Origin: the human T2T-CHM13v2.0 reference genome, Homo sapiens | Length of the DNA: 64,000 nucleotides | Strand: one strand, 5' to 3' | Assembly: GCF_009914755.1 (NCBI RefSeq) | Contig: NC_060928.1 | In this document: piece by piece, positions 1 to 15,295 of the stretch | How the letters are laid out: each line of letters opens with the position of its first letter | How positions within the stretch are numbered: the first letter of the stretch is position 1 | Made by a program: the position numbers and the translations under genes | Notes under the pieces: model-generated | What the model was told of the DNA's origin: nothing | Seen by the model: the letters and a program-made list of their open reading frames with translations, nothing else | Databases searched by the model: none

Positions 1-895
1 ATCTAGATGATCAACAATCATTTTTATTAGTGAAAATGTCTGGGAGACATGAGTCCAGGGGGTACATGATTATGTGGGTGAAGATCAGGGCCATACAGGG
101 AGCTAGAGGAAGCTCTGCCTCCACCAGGGGCCTTGTACCCACATTTATTGACACATAGATGCCCAAGGCTAATTGGACTAGAAACCAGCCACGTTTTACT
201 ACCAAGAAGTGGTCAGAAATTTTCTCGCATAAACCAAACTAATAACTGAGGTTCAAATGGTGCACACTTTTGTTACTAGTTAAAATTTAAATAGTGATCT
301 CTGACTTAGACAAGCAAAGAAAATAACAGATACAAAATCACAGGGAATTTGCATAACAATTTTAAACATAATTTAGTGAGAGACAAAAACATAAATTTTT
401 GCCATGGCTAGAAACTCATTTACAAATAGTATCATCTATAAATAGATGTTCCTCTGTTCCAATTTCTCATTTTGATATTTTATTTTATGATGATCCTCCT
501 AAACTGCCTTATTTGTCTTTCAATTGTTTTTCTGGAAAACTGTTTCTCTGCAATATATAATTGTTAAGATCATTTCTCACAATGTCTAAAAAAATACTAA
601 TTAGAATACATAAGCTCTTGTTGCATACATAATTGCTGTAGTCTGCAACAGTCCAACAACCCAGAAAGTAAAAGGCTTATTAACAATAAACCCACAAGAA
701 AACAATTTAGTATACATAAAATATACATATGTTCTATTCTGTTTCAAACTTAAACACGGCAGACTTTTATAGAATCAATAAATGGTATAAGAAAAGATAT
801 ATCCAGATGATATAAAATAAAAATGTGTAATTACAGACTGAACCTGGGGAAAAAAATAACAGCAGAAACTGGGTAGACTAAGAAAGGCCAATTTT

Positions 896-1078
896 CTTTC
901 TCTGAAGAAGTAGGAAAATGTGAATATTTCAATATTTAACAGTTTAAACAAAACTATAAACTACTTCTTATCTTTCTGAGATAACTCTTTCTCCTAAGAA
1001 GAAAATGTGAATATTTAAATATTTAACAAACAGTTGAAACCAAACTATAAACTACTTCTTATCTTTGTGAGAGAATTC
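896..1078. repeat. Imperfect tandem duplication, two units of about 87-91 bp
   Basis: gaaaatgtgaatattt occurs at 914 and 1001; ctacttcttatcttt occurs at 961 and 1052; the sequence between them is similar, with small indels. Confidence 0.85.
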
Positions 1079-1403
1079 CAGGGCACCAAAACTATAACTG
1101 GCAGATTTTCTCTGGATAGCTAGAAATAGAACAGAGGCCACTAGAGATGTGGATAGTGTCGATTGACGAAAAGGCATCCACAGGACCCTACGAGTAGAAA
1201 AGCCAACAAAGTTCATCCAGGTAGCTCCTGGCCATAAATTTTTGGGGGGAAAAAGGACAAAACAGAAATAGGGCTACTCAAGAAGTAAAATAGTTTAAGT
1301 GGATCAACTGGTCCCTTCTGAACCAGCAAATCTGCTGTAAACAAAACCGTCATTCAATGTAAATGCCCTGCATTGTATTATTTAACATTACATTATTAAT
1401 AAG

Positions 1404-1405
<2 letters not shown>

Positions 1406-1436
<31 letters not shown>

Positions 1437-1440
1437 TGTG
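1406..1440. repeat. (TG)n microsatellite
   Basis: About 15 GT units followed by ctgtg. Confidence 0.95.
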
Positions 1441-3199
1441 TTCTTACATACTATGGATCTACATCACATGCCACCTCATTAGCTCTCCTATTGAGTAGAG
1501 AATGTAGGGGTCTTCTGGTGTTATCAGCAATGTTCAATTCAGCAAGCACAATGATAGGGTTTCAAATACAAAAGAATGCTTTCCTTTGTATTAGAAACCC
1601 TAATCATCATAAAAATATACAAAAAAGAATGAATATTTTCCTTTTGTAACATTAATTTTTTGTCGTCCATTATTTAGATTTTATCATTATTATATTGCGT
1701 AAACATCTAGAAAAATTAGGAAATGTAGCAGCCTTATTTATCAAAGAAGGGAAGGGAGAGACCAGACATCTTAAATCAAAAATTAGAAATGATTTTAGAA
1801 CAAACATTTTTAATAACCTTTAGTCAGTCAGAGAAAAGTTCTGGTATTTCTTGAAAACAATATGTTTGTGCATTAGACCATTTCATTTGGATTACAGACA
1901 GATTATGTGCAAGTTCATATAGTCAGTAAAAACGTGAGTAAAGGACTAAAGGCTCCTACCAGAGCCCTTGAATATCTGATTTCTTTCTGAAATTTAGAGA
2001 TCACTTTTGAATTTAGCAAATCTTAAAAATACATTCATTTTGTGAGTTGTAGTGGTAAATAAAGTAAGCATCTGAACCAAAATATGAATAAAAACCACTA
2101 TCTATCACAAAGGAAATTGTTTAACTCTGCATTTTAATGACAAATCTACTCATTTATTTTTGTGCTCATATTTAACGTTGAACATACATTTTACAACTCT
2201 CCATATTCAATTTGCCACCCCTTGTTCTGATTTTTCTTCATTTTAATGTTTCCTTCAGAGGTTTCCCATTTATTCTTAGAGTTAAATTTTTCAATCTCAA
2301 ATTTTTTGTAATGCCTCTGTAACCTTCTCTTGAACAATTTTCCTTTTTTTTTTTAAATAAAAAGACAATTCCTTCTTTTCTCTTAATCCTTTTATTCACC
2401 ATTTGATGAAGGTAGTTTAACCCATTTGAGGTTTTTCTTTCACATATTTCCCTCACCATTTTTTCCTTTATCTTTTCTAGCCATTTTTTATTTTTGTAAT
2501 TCTATAACCTGTAGATTATCTGATCTATTCATCTTTTCACAGCTGTTCCTCAGGGTAGAGTAACACACAAAATATTCAATAAAATCATTCAGTTAATGAA
2601 ACTCAATAAAACTGAAGATTCATACCACAAAATTTAGACCATTTGAAATATTTTTTATCCCTCAAAATTGATAATTATGGAATTATTATTTAAAAGGAAG
2701 TGGAGTTGACATCCAGTTAACCAGGCTGATTACTATGTCTTGATCATTCCCTGCCACGAATAGAGTAACAGATTCTTGGACTGAATGCAATCAGTGACAC
2801 TTCCTAAATGTATAAAATAAATGCACCTTTAAAAAAAGAAATGCCTTAGAAATACTTATATGAGAAATATCTATCTGGACTCACATAAAAAGTGAATTAG
2901 AGAAAAATGCAAATATTTAGTGAAAAAAGGTTGATTCAGGTTGGTTTTCACAATGCATCATTTCCATTCTACTTCCATTCGACTGTTTTAAATTTTATTT
3001 GGCATTAACAAGACTTTGCTTTCTTAAATAGAAATTGATATGTGTTGGCTAGATCTTTCTTGTTTCATAAGACAGAGAAAAATCGTAAGGTAACAGTAAA
3101 TAAACATAACTGTAGATTGTGTTAACAAAAACCAAGCTTCTACTTCATCTCTGAAAAACAAAATTTAGCACAGATGTAAAGGAAAATAAATGATAATTA

Positions 3200-3410
3200 T
3201 AATAAGAGCAGTTAACAATGACTAAATATTTATGTATAAGGCCTTTGTAAGCACTACTTTATTTAATATAGCAATCTCATTTACTTAGATGTTATCATTC
3301 ATACTTTACCAATGAGAAATTTGAGGATTAGAAGAATTAAGCTATGTCCCCAATGTCAGAGGCCAATGAAAAGTTGAACTAGATTTGAACTCCTGTTTGT
3401 TGATTTCAGT
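3200..3410 (-). mobile_element. MIR SINE, degraded
   Basis: tttaccaatgagaaatttgagg...gaactagatttgaactc resembles the reverse-complement MIR core. Confidence 0.6.
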
Positions 3411-4749
3411 TGGTGCATCAAATCATCACATTTTGACAGGTCTCATTAACTAGGGAAAACCTTTCTATATAAACAAGTATATATGCTAACATTATTTTGT
3501 ATGAAAATTATGAAAGCCCTTGAGAAGAAAAATATAAGGCATCTAACCTTAATCTCCCCCTCCTCCTATCCTTCACTTCATCATGATGCCTTCCCAGGCT
3601 CCTCAAGTTTTGATCATCTCTCTCCCCTCTGAAACGCACACATTGCATACATTTGTTTTGAACAAGAAGTTGCAAGACTCTCTGTGTATTTTCTATTGTT
3701 ATAGTAATTTGGCTAATTATTACCAGAAAAAAAGGATGATATCATAAATAGAACTATGAATATAAAATCAGAAAAGTTGTGTTAAAATCCTGACAATATT
3801 TAATGGGGCACAATCATTAACCTTCCAATACAAGTTTCGCATTCAAGGGCATATAAATAATACTTCTGCATATTTCATAGGGCTTGTCCATTCCAATAAA
3901 CAGTCCAATAGACATATACATAGTAATGAATTGTGGCTAGGCTATGCAGATACAAACATAGTCCTGGCTCTTATAAAGTTTACACTCCAGGAGAAGGGCC
4001 AGCATAGAAAAGACTGTAGTGATAACTGAACTGAAAAATGGATGTGCATATAATCTTTTATAAAATTAAAGAATAACATAAATATAACTTAATATTGTAT
4101 TTTTTTCTTTTTCTGTGTTGCATACATTCAAGTTCCTAGGAGGAAGCAGTTTGTCTTATACTGACAGGTTAAGGACCTGACCCTTCTACATAGACATACA
4201 ACAAATACTATAATTTTAAAGCATTTTATTGAAAATATGATTGAAAAATATTAAATATATTTTTGATAAAGGAAAAATATCAGCATAATTTTATCATTTT
4301 GACAAAACTGTTGCATTTTTGCCTCATTTTTTCCAGTTAGCTATATAATTTTATTTATTGTATATGCATTTTAGTATGTTTCAGCATATTAAATTTTTAT
4401 TTTATACCATTATATCTTCTTATATTATAAAAGTTTTATACACGTTTATTTATATGTACCTGTCACCTACATTTACAGTAAAAATTAGGGTAATTTTCTT
4501 ATTTCTAAGTGTTTCAGAACAGTTTAATTCAAAATAATTTACTCATTATTTATGTCATTACTAAGCACCAACCTCACAACCTCACAGCATTTTTACCTTA
4601 ATTCAAACCACTGCAATACTGCAAATTTGTGTCATTTAGTTCCTAACACAAGGCCTAAGTTTCTTCCATTCTTTTAGGTACAGTCTAGTTACCAAACGGA
4701 GAAAATCTTGTTACAAAAGTGACATGTGTTCAGAGGGCCCAAGCACCGG

Positions 4750-5560
4750 AGAGAGGGAATTTTTTTCACAGAAACCATTGCCATACAAGTATAGTCATAT
4801 TTCAAATATAGACAGACTTGCCTACTCATGTCCAAATTTCTCCTTATTACATTTTCTTAGCTTGTGACTGGCACTTCCAGAAAAAATACTAAATGGTAAT
4901 GGTGATCATGGAGAGTCTTCTATTATTCCTAATTTTATACAGACAGCATACTGAAATTGTTACTCTAAGCATCAGGTTAAATATGTATTTATCCATACTA
5001 AGGAAAATTCCTTCTATTGCTTTACTAATGTGTTTAAATCAGAAATGTATTTGTATATTATCAAAAATCACTTGAACATCTATTGAAAATATCTAGTAAT
5101 ATTTACCCTTAAAATGTTAATTGGATGAAATATATTAATAGGTCTTCTAAAGTTAAAAAGTTATTCCTAGAAATAACTTCGTTTTTATACTTTATTGTTT
5201 TAATATATCTCCATATTCCTTTTCTTGATTTTTTTTCCTGAATTTTGACACCAATATTCACTTGGTAGGAATGACTTAAAGTTCTTCCTTTTCCCCTTCT
5301 TTTTTACCTTTATTTTCTTTTTCCAATTTTCTACAACGTTTGTTTACATTATGCATATTTCTTAAAAATTAGGTTTTTATTTTTCAGTATTCTAAAACAA
5401 TTTAAATTGAAATTTAATTATCTTTTTTTAAAGTTTTAAATAAATTCACCTGTGAAATTGCATGAGTCCAGTGCAGGAAGGTGTAAATTAAACTTCTTAG
5501 AGTCTTTTTGCTTCTTTTGTTTAGTGTCTTTTGTATCTCCATCATCTCTTAAGTCCAATA
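4750..5560 (-). mobile_element. Old L1 (L1M-type) ORF2 fragment
   Basis: T-rich, with ctggcacttccag...aatggtgatcatggagag...cttctattcct-like antisense L1 ORF2 motifs. Confidence 0.55.
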
Positions 5561-6524
5561 TTCAAACACTATATGTATATCAAAATTTGGCAATAGTGCT
5601 AAAGTAGTATATAGTGTGAAAATACACCCCTTGAAGTACACATCAGAAAAGATAAAAATGTTAATGAGCTAAGAATTCAACACAAAAAAAAGATTTAAAA
5701 AAAAGACAATAAAAGATTAAACCCAAGAAATCAGAAAATAGAAAAATATCACTGAATGAACTAGAAAAAAAAAACCACAAAGAAATGGTTTTCTTTAAAA
5801 AACTGATTTTTCTTATATATGTTTAAAAAATAGCCAAATCCTAGGTGAAAAAAAAAATCTTTGGTAATAAAAATAATATCATATAATTCTAGATGAAGTA
5901 GAGATTTTTTTAAAATCATAAAGATATATTATGTTGAATAATTTAAGAACAAATGAAAAAGAAAATAATTTTCTAGAAAAACATAATAAAAATATAATTT
6001 AAAAATAAGTAGAAAACATCAAGACACTTATAATGATTATTATCTTGAATTAGTAACTTAAAATACACCAATACTAGAAGGTTTTATAGGGAAGTTTTGC
6101 TGAACATTCAAGAAAAAGGTATCTCCAATCATACAAGCTTTTCCATAGAAAAATTCACTTTTATGGCTAATATAACCTTATTATCAAAGCTAGACAACAA
6201 CACAAAAAAGGAAAAATACAAGATTTCATTTCTTGATATAGCTACAACAATCCTAAAAAATACATTTCAAACCAAATTCAGCAATATGTGCACATAATGA
6301 CCAACCAGGATTTATCCTAAATATGCAGGGACTGTGTATTATTAGAAATTCACCATATGAACAGATTAGAAGCCAAAAAATTATATTTGTAACACTTGAA
6401 CATCCATTCACAAGAAAATAAATATGACTTCCACAGTAAGGAGAAAAAGAAACCTATTTAAATTGTGAAATATTAGAAGTTGTTTACTTTAAACCAAGGA
6501 AAAGGCTATGATACCAGCTTTCAA

Positions 6525-6921
6525 CCTTACTGCAGGTTGGGGTCTCTACAAGCAGGTGCTGTGAACAGTCATGGTACAAAATGTCTATTAGACACGGAAA
6601 CTTTAGAAAGAACAGGAGTTCTGACTGGACAGAGGGAGAAGCTGAACTGTGCTGCAGGCCAGCAAAGTCTCACTCCTTCCATCCAGAGCAAGGGTCCATC
6701 AGAGTTGTCCTATGACTGAACGTTTATATCAGCTCCCTCTCTCTCAGGTAAGTGGGCTGCTCCGGGGATGAGGGTGGTGGTTTAACCCGGGTCTAGGTGG
6801 CTCTTGGCAGCTGAGACAGACCCAGACAGGCTCACGGCCAGACGCTTCCCACTGAAAGCATTCCCTTTAGCTGGGCAACAATCCTTGAAGGGGGACTGGG
6901 TGGTTCTTCTCTGTGTCTACA
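6525..6921. mobile_element. ERVL-class solo LTR (LTR16-like)
   Basis: GC-richer block; cagagggagaagctgaactgtgctgcag...tcagagttgtcc...gtgggctgc...ggcagctgag is typical of LTR16-family LTRs. Confidence 0.55.
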
Positions 6922-7039
6922 TTAATCCCTTTACTACAACTTTTATATGAGTTCTCACTACCGTGCTATGGACTGGAAAATAGGCATAAAGATTTGAAAA
7001 GACGATAAGACAATTTGAAAATTGGACACCATGATTTCA

Positions 7040-7190
7040 AGAGCATCAAAGTGAACACATGAGTTCCAATCCTGCACCTGCCACTTACTAGCTCTATGGT
7101 TTTACTCAGATTGGTTCATATTTCTGTGGTTAGATTTTCTTATACAGAATATGAAATAGTAATAACTGCCAACTGCATGCTGTATTGCCT
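7040..7190 (+). mobile_element. MIR SINE
   Basis: gagttccaatcctgcacctgccacttactagct matches the MIR core. Confidence 0.7.
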
Positions 7191-7243
7191 TTATCAAGTT
7201 GTTATAATCACTGAACCTCTGGGAACTCTTCTTCGAAAAAAAA

Positions 7244-7365
7244 GTACATATATACATATGTACATATGTACTTATATACTAATGTATGTAATTATATATG
7301 TACTTACGTACTATAATGTACCTATAATGTACTAACGTTCTATAATGTACTTATGTACTATAATA
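7244..7365. repeat. Low-complexity TA/TATG/TATAATGTAC repeat
   Basis: tacatatg units, then ctataatgtac repeated three times. Confidence 0.75.
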
Positions 7366-7839
7366 GTACCTCTACCATAAGATTGATTTGAAGATTAAAT
7401 AAACTACCCTATTTAAAGCATGTCTTTCAAAAAGTAAGTTCTAAATATTATACACACACAACACGAACATCTATCTAGCCTACACAATAGAACCTCAAAA
7501 GCAAACTATGAGAATAAATCAAATAGTTTAGTAAGGTTGCTGGATGAAAAATCAACATGTAAAAATCAACATGCATCACCAATAAACATTTAGAACATGT
7601 ATCTTTTTAAATATCTTATTCATTATTACAACAAAAACCATAATAATCCTGGGAATAAATTGCAAAAACCTAAGCAAGATCTTCACAGAAGACGTTAATT
7701 ATACCATCATTGCAGCACATTCAAGAAGAGTTAGATAAATGGAGTTATGTAACAAATATATGGACAGGAAAGCTCTATCATAAAAATGACAGCTGTCTCA
7801 AATTGAATTATAAACCTAATGCCTTCCAATCTCAACAGA

Positions 7840-8245
7840 GTGTATGTCAGAAGCCCTGGAAGAAAGATATCACATCCAAAAGGACTAAGACAGAAATATG
7901 GTGAGGGTGAAAAGAAGAAAGTAGTTATCTCTACCACCCCTACTACAACCACCACAACCTCTCAGGCCTGCTGGGGGAAAGGGAAGAAACAGTATTATAG
8001 AAATCCAAATAGAACTGGAACCTTGAAATAGAGGAGCGGTGGCCATCATTGTATGCATTCACTTCTACACCTGCTAAGAGGCAGAGAGGGACCAGAGGAA
8101 TTAATTCCCTTACCATACTCTCTCACCAGTCTCCTGGTAGTGTCTCACATTAGCCACACCTAACTAGAAGTTAGAAGCCAAAGAAGTGCAGGAGTTGCAG
8201 CTCCATGGAGAAAGGCTCTAAATAAGCAACCAAGGAATATTTACC
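7840..8245. mobile_element. Old MaLR LTR (MLT1-type)
   Basis: ctcctggtagtgtctcacattagccacacctaactagaagttagaagccaaag resembles an old MLT1 LTR motif. Confidence 0.5.
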
Positions 8246-8283
8246 ACATAGACTATTTCATGGAATTTAAAAAAGCAAATTCT

Positions 8284-8674
<391 letters not shown>

Positions 8675-9633
8675 TTAATAAAGTTGCTGTATAATGTTAA
8701 AAGGATTAAAGAATCAAGTATTAAATTGGCAAAGGATTAGACAAACCAATGGAACATAATAGAGAACCAAGAACAGATATAAATATATGGCACCTAGATA
8801 TGCCAGAGTTAGCCTCACAAATCAGTAGGAAAAACTAAACTCGAACAATTGGCTGTACCTTTTGTGGTGGGGGGATGGGTTAATCCCTATTTCCAAAACA
8901 ACTACAAAAATTAATTCCAACTGGGCCAAAGACCATAATGCTAAACATGTTAAAGCTTTAGTAGAAAACTGAGTGAATATTTTTACAATCTCTAAGTAAG
9001 AAAATACTACTTAAACAAGAAATACTAAATTTGTAAAGGAAAAGAATGATAAAACTGAGCATAACAAAATTTCAAAATCTCTATACAAAAAGACATAGTA
9101 ACACAACTTAAAAACAAGGGACAGAATGCAAGCAAATATTTCAATGCATGTAAATGACAAAAAGTTAGTACTTAGAGTATACAAAAATTCTTAAAAATTC
9201 ATTTTAAAAATTCAAACCAATAAGGAAAAAATAACAAAACTTAAGACAATCTGCAAAAGAGAAGACTTAAGTGAAGTCTTATATACATGAAAAGATGCTC
9301 AATAGCACCAATGAGGGAAAACAATCAATAAGACATTTAAACATATGCATGCAAAACCAAAAAGTTTGATAATACGTTATACATTGCTGACGGACATGTA
9401 AGTTGCTAAAACCAATATGGAAAGATAGATCTCTAAAGATTTGTTGAAGATAGAAACTGCTCTCTTAATCCCACTACAACATTTTCACAATTTTATTCTT
9501 ATTTAAGTACCTATAACTAATTTAGAGAATTACTTTTTGTTTATAATATTTATAAAAGTAACGTATCATTTATACATTACAATTATCTTTTGTAACTTTT
9601 TTCACTCAAATTATATTTTAAAGCCTCCTCCTG

Positions 9634-9752
9634 CAGGCTGTGCCAGGAGGATCACTTGAGCCAGGAGGTCAAGGCTGCCAGTGATGGCGCCACGGCATTC
9701 CAGCCTGGGTGACAGAGGGAGGCCCTTTCTCAAGAAAAATAAATTTAAAAAA
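9634..9752 (+). mobile_element. Alu right-arm fragment (AluJ/FRAM-like)
   Basis: ggaggatcacttgagccaggaggtcaaggctgc...ccagcctgggtgacagag followed by an A tail. Confidence 0.85.
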
Positions 9753-10739
9753 TGAAATTATATTTCACTCAAATGATGATCAATGTTGACATGTGAATTT
9801 TAGTTCATTTTAATTTCTGTATAGTATTCAATTGCATCAAAATATCATGATTAATGATTACCTAGAATCTTTAAGTCAATGCAAATGACACTGCCATAAA
9901 TACATGTCTCTTTGGGTCTACATACAAAAACTCTTTCTAGAAGTGAATTGCTGATCGCCTCCAGAAATGTAATACTGCACAGTAAGTGGACTGTATTGAC
10001 ATGAAAAAGATAACAGAGACTCTAACAAGTTAACACACAGCATATTACATATTTATTGAAATGTCATAGTCTAATATATATTAGCATAAATATATATTTT
10101 GGATACATTTCTGGAAAGAAGTCAATATTTTTTAACTGGGAGAGAATTGAAGGGGAGCATCCACTTTTCAGTCTTAATATTTCTATAATTTTTTTATAAT
10201 AAACATATTTTACCTCAGTTTTACAGCTATAAACCATTGAAAAAAATCCACATTTGTTATTTTATCCTGTGTTGTGTTTATTATCCTACTATAATATGGT
10301 AAAAACACCCTCAGATATGAGATTGAATGTTTGTGTTGTACATGTTTCATAAACTAATAATTATACAATTAACTTATTTTTGAAATAAAGTTTCCTTTAT
10401 ATTACCATTATTAAAGTGATAGGGTCTCAGTACTGAAAATTTTAAAAATATAGGAAGAGAAAAAGGAAAAATAAAACACTCACTACAAAATGATACCAGT
10501 CATAAATATTATTTATTCATTAATCAATTCATTTATTTATTTATTCAGTTGGTAGTAGTGATAGTGGTGGCCACCTTTCTTTAGTTTCTCAAGCAAATAA
10601 ATCTTCGCATTTCCTTCATGTCTAAAAAGTAGCAAGATAACTAAAATCTTAAAATGTATAGCATATATCTTATAAAAATGAAACCATGCCTGAGAATTTA
10701 AAGAATATTTATATTTGCTTTAATGATGGTATGAACCCT

Positions 10740-10935
10740 TACTATTTATTAGGGAATTTTCTTACTACCTTTAATCCTCAAAACAACCTTGCTACTGAGA
10801 AAATACTATCATCTGCATTTTGCAGATAAGGAAACCAACATTCTAACACTAACGTTAAGCAATTTGACCAGTGCCATCTCACTAGTGAGTGGAGATTTCA
10901 ACACAGCTGAATATGGCCTGGAATTTGAGCTTCTC
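10740..10935 (-). mobile_element. MIR SINE
   Basis: tttaatcctcaaaacaacc...cattttgcagataaggaaac. Confidence 0.7.
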
Positions 10936-11009
10936 CAACTACCATTTGTCTCTCATTCTTCCTGCAGAGAAACTGAATCTTCCCATTAAAAATTAATGTG
11001 AAAAACTAC

Positions 11010-11328
<319 letters not shown>

Positions 11329-13469
11329 TAACAAAAAAATTTCCTAAGGAAATTATGATAATTTTCTGGCATCCAGAAAGATCCACTATAAAAATATTCT
11401 GCCTCTAAAGGCATACATCTCCCAGTAGCCATGTGGTGATTACACCCCACTCACTGCTAAGTGAATAGGAGCCCAAGAGAGAATGAGTGGCTTGTCAGTT
11501 CACAGTCCATAATCTACTGAACTGTTCCCACCATGAAAAAAATGGGAGGTAAAAATGTAGATTACTCATTTATCACCATGAAAACACACAGAAGTAAAAT
11601 TTGGCTATATGAACCATGAAACTGCTCTCTCCATTGTTTATAAAAAGAATTTAGTTCTAATAGTTGATAACCAACAATTTCTTTAAAACAATTTATCAGC
11701 ATAAGTTCTCTCTTACACTGTTTTGAGGGAAATTTTTCAAATAAATGTTCACATTAGATGTGTTGCCACAGAATAGAAATTAGCATGAAACAGAGGATTA
11801 TTTTCGCATCATTTTTTCCTCTACATATAATTTATTACAAATATACACTCAGAAAAGTATTTTTAAAATCCACAAGAAAACTAATTAGATTTAACAGACG
11901 TCAACATTTTTTTAAGTTTTGCTTTAATATTCATCTTTTAATCCAATAATTATTAATTTAAATTGTTATTATGATAATAATTCAGTCTTATTATTACTAA
12001 AAGTATTTGGGAAATTTAAAAAGTGGGACAAAAAGCTAACGATAGTCCTATGACAACTATTAACAGTTGAAAATACTTCCTATTTGTAAAATAAACATTT
12101 CCTTTATTTTTGACATTACTGGGTGATGTATGTTTCAAAAAATTAAAGCCTTCTGCCTCATTTTTAACAATTTTTGAAAATTGACAACTATGGCTTATCC
12201 TCATAACAAAAGCTATAGAAATAGCATCTATTATCACTTCTTAAGACTCATCTTCTCTACCATGAATGTCATAAGGAACAAACCAAAAAGTATCAGACTT
12301 TTCCTTCTATATTATACTTGTCACTTAATATCTTAATAATGCGTCAAATTGATTCCCCCATCTCTTTAATTCTCTGCTATTGTTAATGGCACAGAATCTT
12401 TCTTTCATGTGGTAGTTACTTAATAAATACTTGTTTATCCATTTATTTAGTAAAGGTTTCTAAAATAAGACATACTCATGAGGTTAAAAGATTTCATAAA
12501 AGATTAAGTTTAAACATAAGCTATAAATAAACCAAGTTATCTTATTAAAAAGGAAAGAGAGCTGGCAAGAACTTATTGTATATATTATGCTAAATATTAA
12601 AGGGTCATTTCACAGGGTGCCTGGGACCTGACTTTGGGTTCCATGAAAACAAAATTGCTAAGAAATGTTAAAGGAAATATAGCTCTAAGTGGAAAATAAT
12701 TTGTCTCTAATTGATCGAATTTCAAATTCGGGAGAATTTAGCAGAACCAAAATCCAAACTCATGTGAGTATAGAGGCAATTTAACTTCATTAAAACCTAA
12801 ATACAAAAGCTGATTCCAGAATGAATAATTAAATGTGGCTATGTGCTATGCTTCAGTAACATCTAATAGACCTTTGTGTGTTACACTATTAAAATAAATC
12901 AAGTAAAATTTTAATTGAAATGTTGTACTTTTAAAAGAAAATATCTACCCATAATTCTACCACTCTAAAAATTAATAGATAACTAGCAAAAATATATAAA
13001 TTTTATAACTATGTAAAAACTACTTAGTTATATGGAACTTAAAAGCCTTGTAGGTAGTCCTTAAGGTATCATCACCATGAGCTGGAACAAATACATTGAG
13101 TAATAAATAAATAAATAGTTCATTCTCCTTTCTTTCAACTCTATTTCTTTAGAAGTTCTCTAACTTTAAATGATAACTCCTACAACTTTTATTTGATTCA
13201 AATGTTCATAACTCTTAATATTTGCTAGGCTGCATATTCGATACAACATTCTTCCCAGATTCATACATTTCTTTTTTGCAAATAGATGGTCTGTATTTGT
13301 TAGCACCTTTTTACTGCTCCCCTACTACATGCACATACACATGCACACACACATGTACAATTAATTCCTTACTATGGCAAATATTTTGTGACAGTCCCTT
13401 ATGTTTAGTACCTCTCTTCAGCCTACATCACACTCCCTCTGACTGTGAGTCTTTCAAACTTCCCCCAAC

Positions 13470-13835
13470 AGTAGGACCTTGAGCACACTTCATTTCTCCC
13501 TCTGTTAGAAAATTTTTATCTTTTTTCTCCACCTCATTAACCCTTCCTTCAGATGTCAGGTAAAATGTCACCTCCTCAAGGAGGCTTCCCCAGACCTCCC
13601 TGGCTGAGTCAAACTCCCCTCTAATAGGCTTCCCCATTACTGTGCATCTGGCCTTCATTATACTCACTTTTGCGTATGTGCACTGGCTTGTGTGATTATT
13701 TAATTAATTTCACAGAAATAAAAAGCTCCAAAGAGGCAGGAATCATGCCACATCTTTCACTCATCATTACATTACCAGGACCTAGCTGAGTGTTGAGCAT
13801 AGAGTAGACTGCCAATAACTACATATTAAAGTATA
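13470..13835 (+). mobile_element. L2 LINE 3' end
   Basis: aaatgtcacctcctcaaggaggcttccccagacc...aagctccaaagaggcaggaa...gcatagagtag. Confidence 0.75.
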
Positions 13836-14083
13836 GTAAAAAAGAAGGAAGAGATGCAAATTAATCATTATGTCAACAGATGACCTCACAGTTACTAGAA
13901 AAATTATTTAAATGGTCTCACTTGGTGATCTGAAAGATGACAGATTTGTAAAGAAAGTATCTCTGAAAATACATGTTTTATCTTCTTTCTTTTTTTCTCT
14001 CATTGTAATGGATGTAGCTTATGATTTAGTCCTGCTTTTCTTTCTCTTATTCATTTTTCTCTAGAGAAGGAAAGTCATAAATC

Positions 14084-14565
14084 TTAGGCCAGGCTCTCTT
14101 CAAAAGCAGAGTCTGAACTAAAAAATTATGTGCAAATAATACAAGGTGATCCCGGAGAGTAGGAGTGAGGCACCGGGTAAAGTGAACCAGGGAGAGAGTA
14201 AAGGCTAATACAGGTGCATGCAGTTGGGTCACTTCCATGGCCGGTTGAGGCTCCTTCTCACTTGGACCTTATGAGGAGCTGCAGAGTGCGTCTCGGAACT
14301 ATCCACCCATTCCCACTGACTGCGAGGCTCCATGGTGGTGTTAGCTCCTCCTCACTTCCAGGCTGCATGGACCACGGTCAGAAGCAGGGGGAAAGATAAG
14401 ACATGCTAGTAAAGTCACAGAAAAGAAAGTGAAAGATACTCAGCGCAAGCTTGAGATGGGAAATAGCACAACTGAGTCAAAGGCTGCCTACAATGATTGC
14501 CCGAGCCAGAGCCAGAAACAGATGTGAGATTGACAGGACATCCGGCAGGGTCCAAAAAGCATGTG
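14084..14565. mobile_element. ERVL-class solo LTR (LTR16/LTR33-like)
   Basis: aagcagagtctgaac...ggtgatcccggagagtaggagtgag...gtgaaccagggagagag...gctaatacagg matches a remembered ERVL LTR pattern. Confidence 0.55.
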
Positions 14566-15256
14566 ATATACTTCATGAGAATCAGATCATTGCTCACCAC
14601 AGTCAGCCCCAATGAGCCTCAATGTCAGTACCTAATTTATCACTCTCACCAAGCTTCCATTTATCTCCTGATGTGCCTCAGGACACTGAATTGAAGGCAG
14701 GCACAAGAATCTATTCCAGGCATTCTCCGACTTCCAATCATTGTGTCCCAAATAGTCAGTGATTTCTGGAATATGTTATCTGGAATATGTTACCTGCAAC
14801 ATACAAGTCACTCAAAAATAACATTACATGTAATAGTTCAACATTAGTATCCATCCGTCACCAGGCAGACTTAACAAAAATTCTAGGTCAATCCATAAAA
14901 GCACAGTTAATTTAAATCATATATCTCTAACAATCTACTTCAGGTATAACCTGAATTAACTATATTTCCGTGAATTGGTCTAGAAATACGTTCTGAGTTT
15001 TATCCATATACCAATAAGAAAAGAGATCAACATAGTACTAGCTTGTTAACACTATTGTATGTATTTCACAAGAAATCAGTCTGTATCAGTTGCTTTTCAG
15101 AGCCAACAGTTGGAAAAATAGGACAGTTGTTTCTAAGAAGAGGGAGACTCCAGACTTCACACATTTTTCACTCCATAAATGTAGCGCTTATTTGTAAGTT
15201 AGAATGATTCGTTAACCATGGAGTTCTTGTGTTCAGAAAGGAGCCTTACTTTTTAT

Positions 15257-15257
<1 letters not shown>

Positions 15258-15292
<35 letters not shown>

Positions 15293-15295
15293 ACA
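15258..15295. repeat. (CA)n microsatellite
   Basis: About 15 CA units followed by tacacaca. Confidence 0.95.

Noticed and set aside
14765-14792. 14-bp direct duplication tctggaatatgtta (similar one at ~7547-7573)
   Set aside because: Ordinary two-copy slippage; no spacers or array structure
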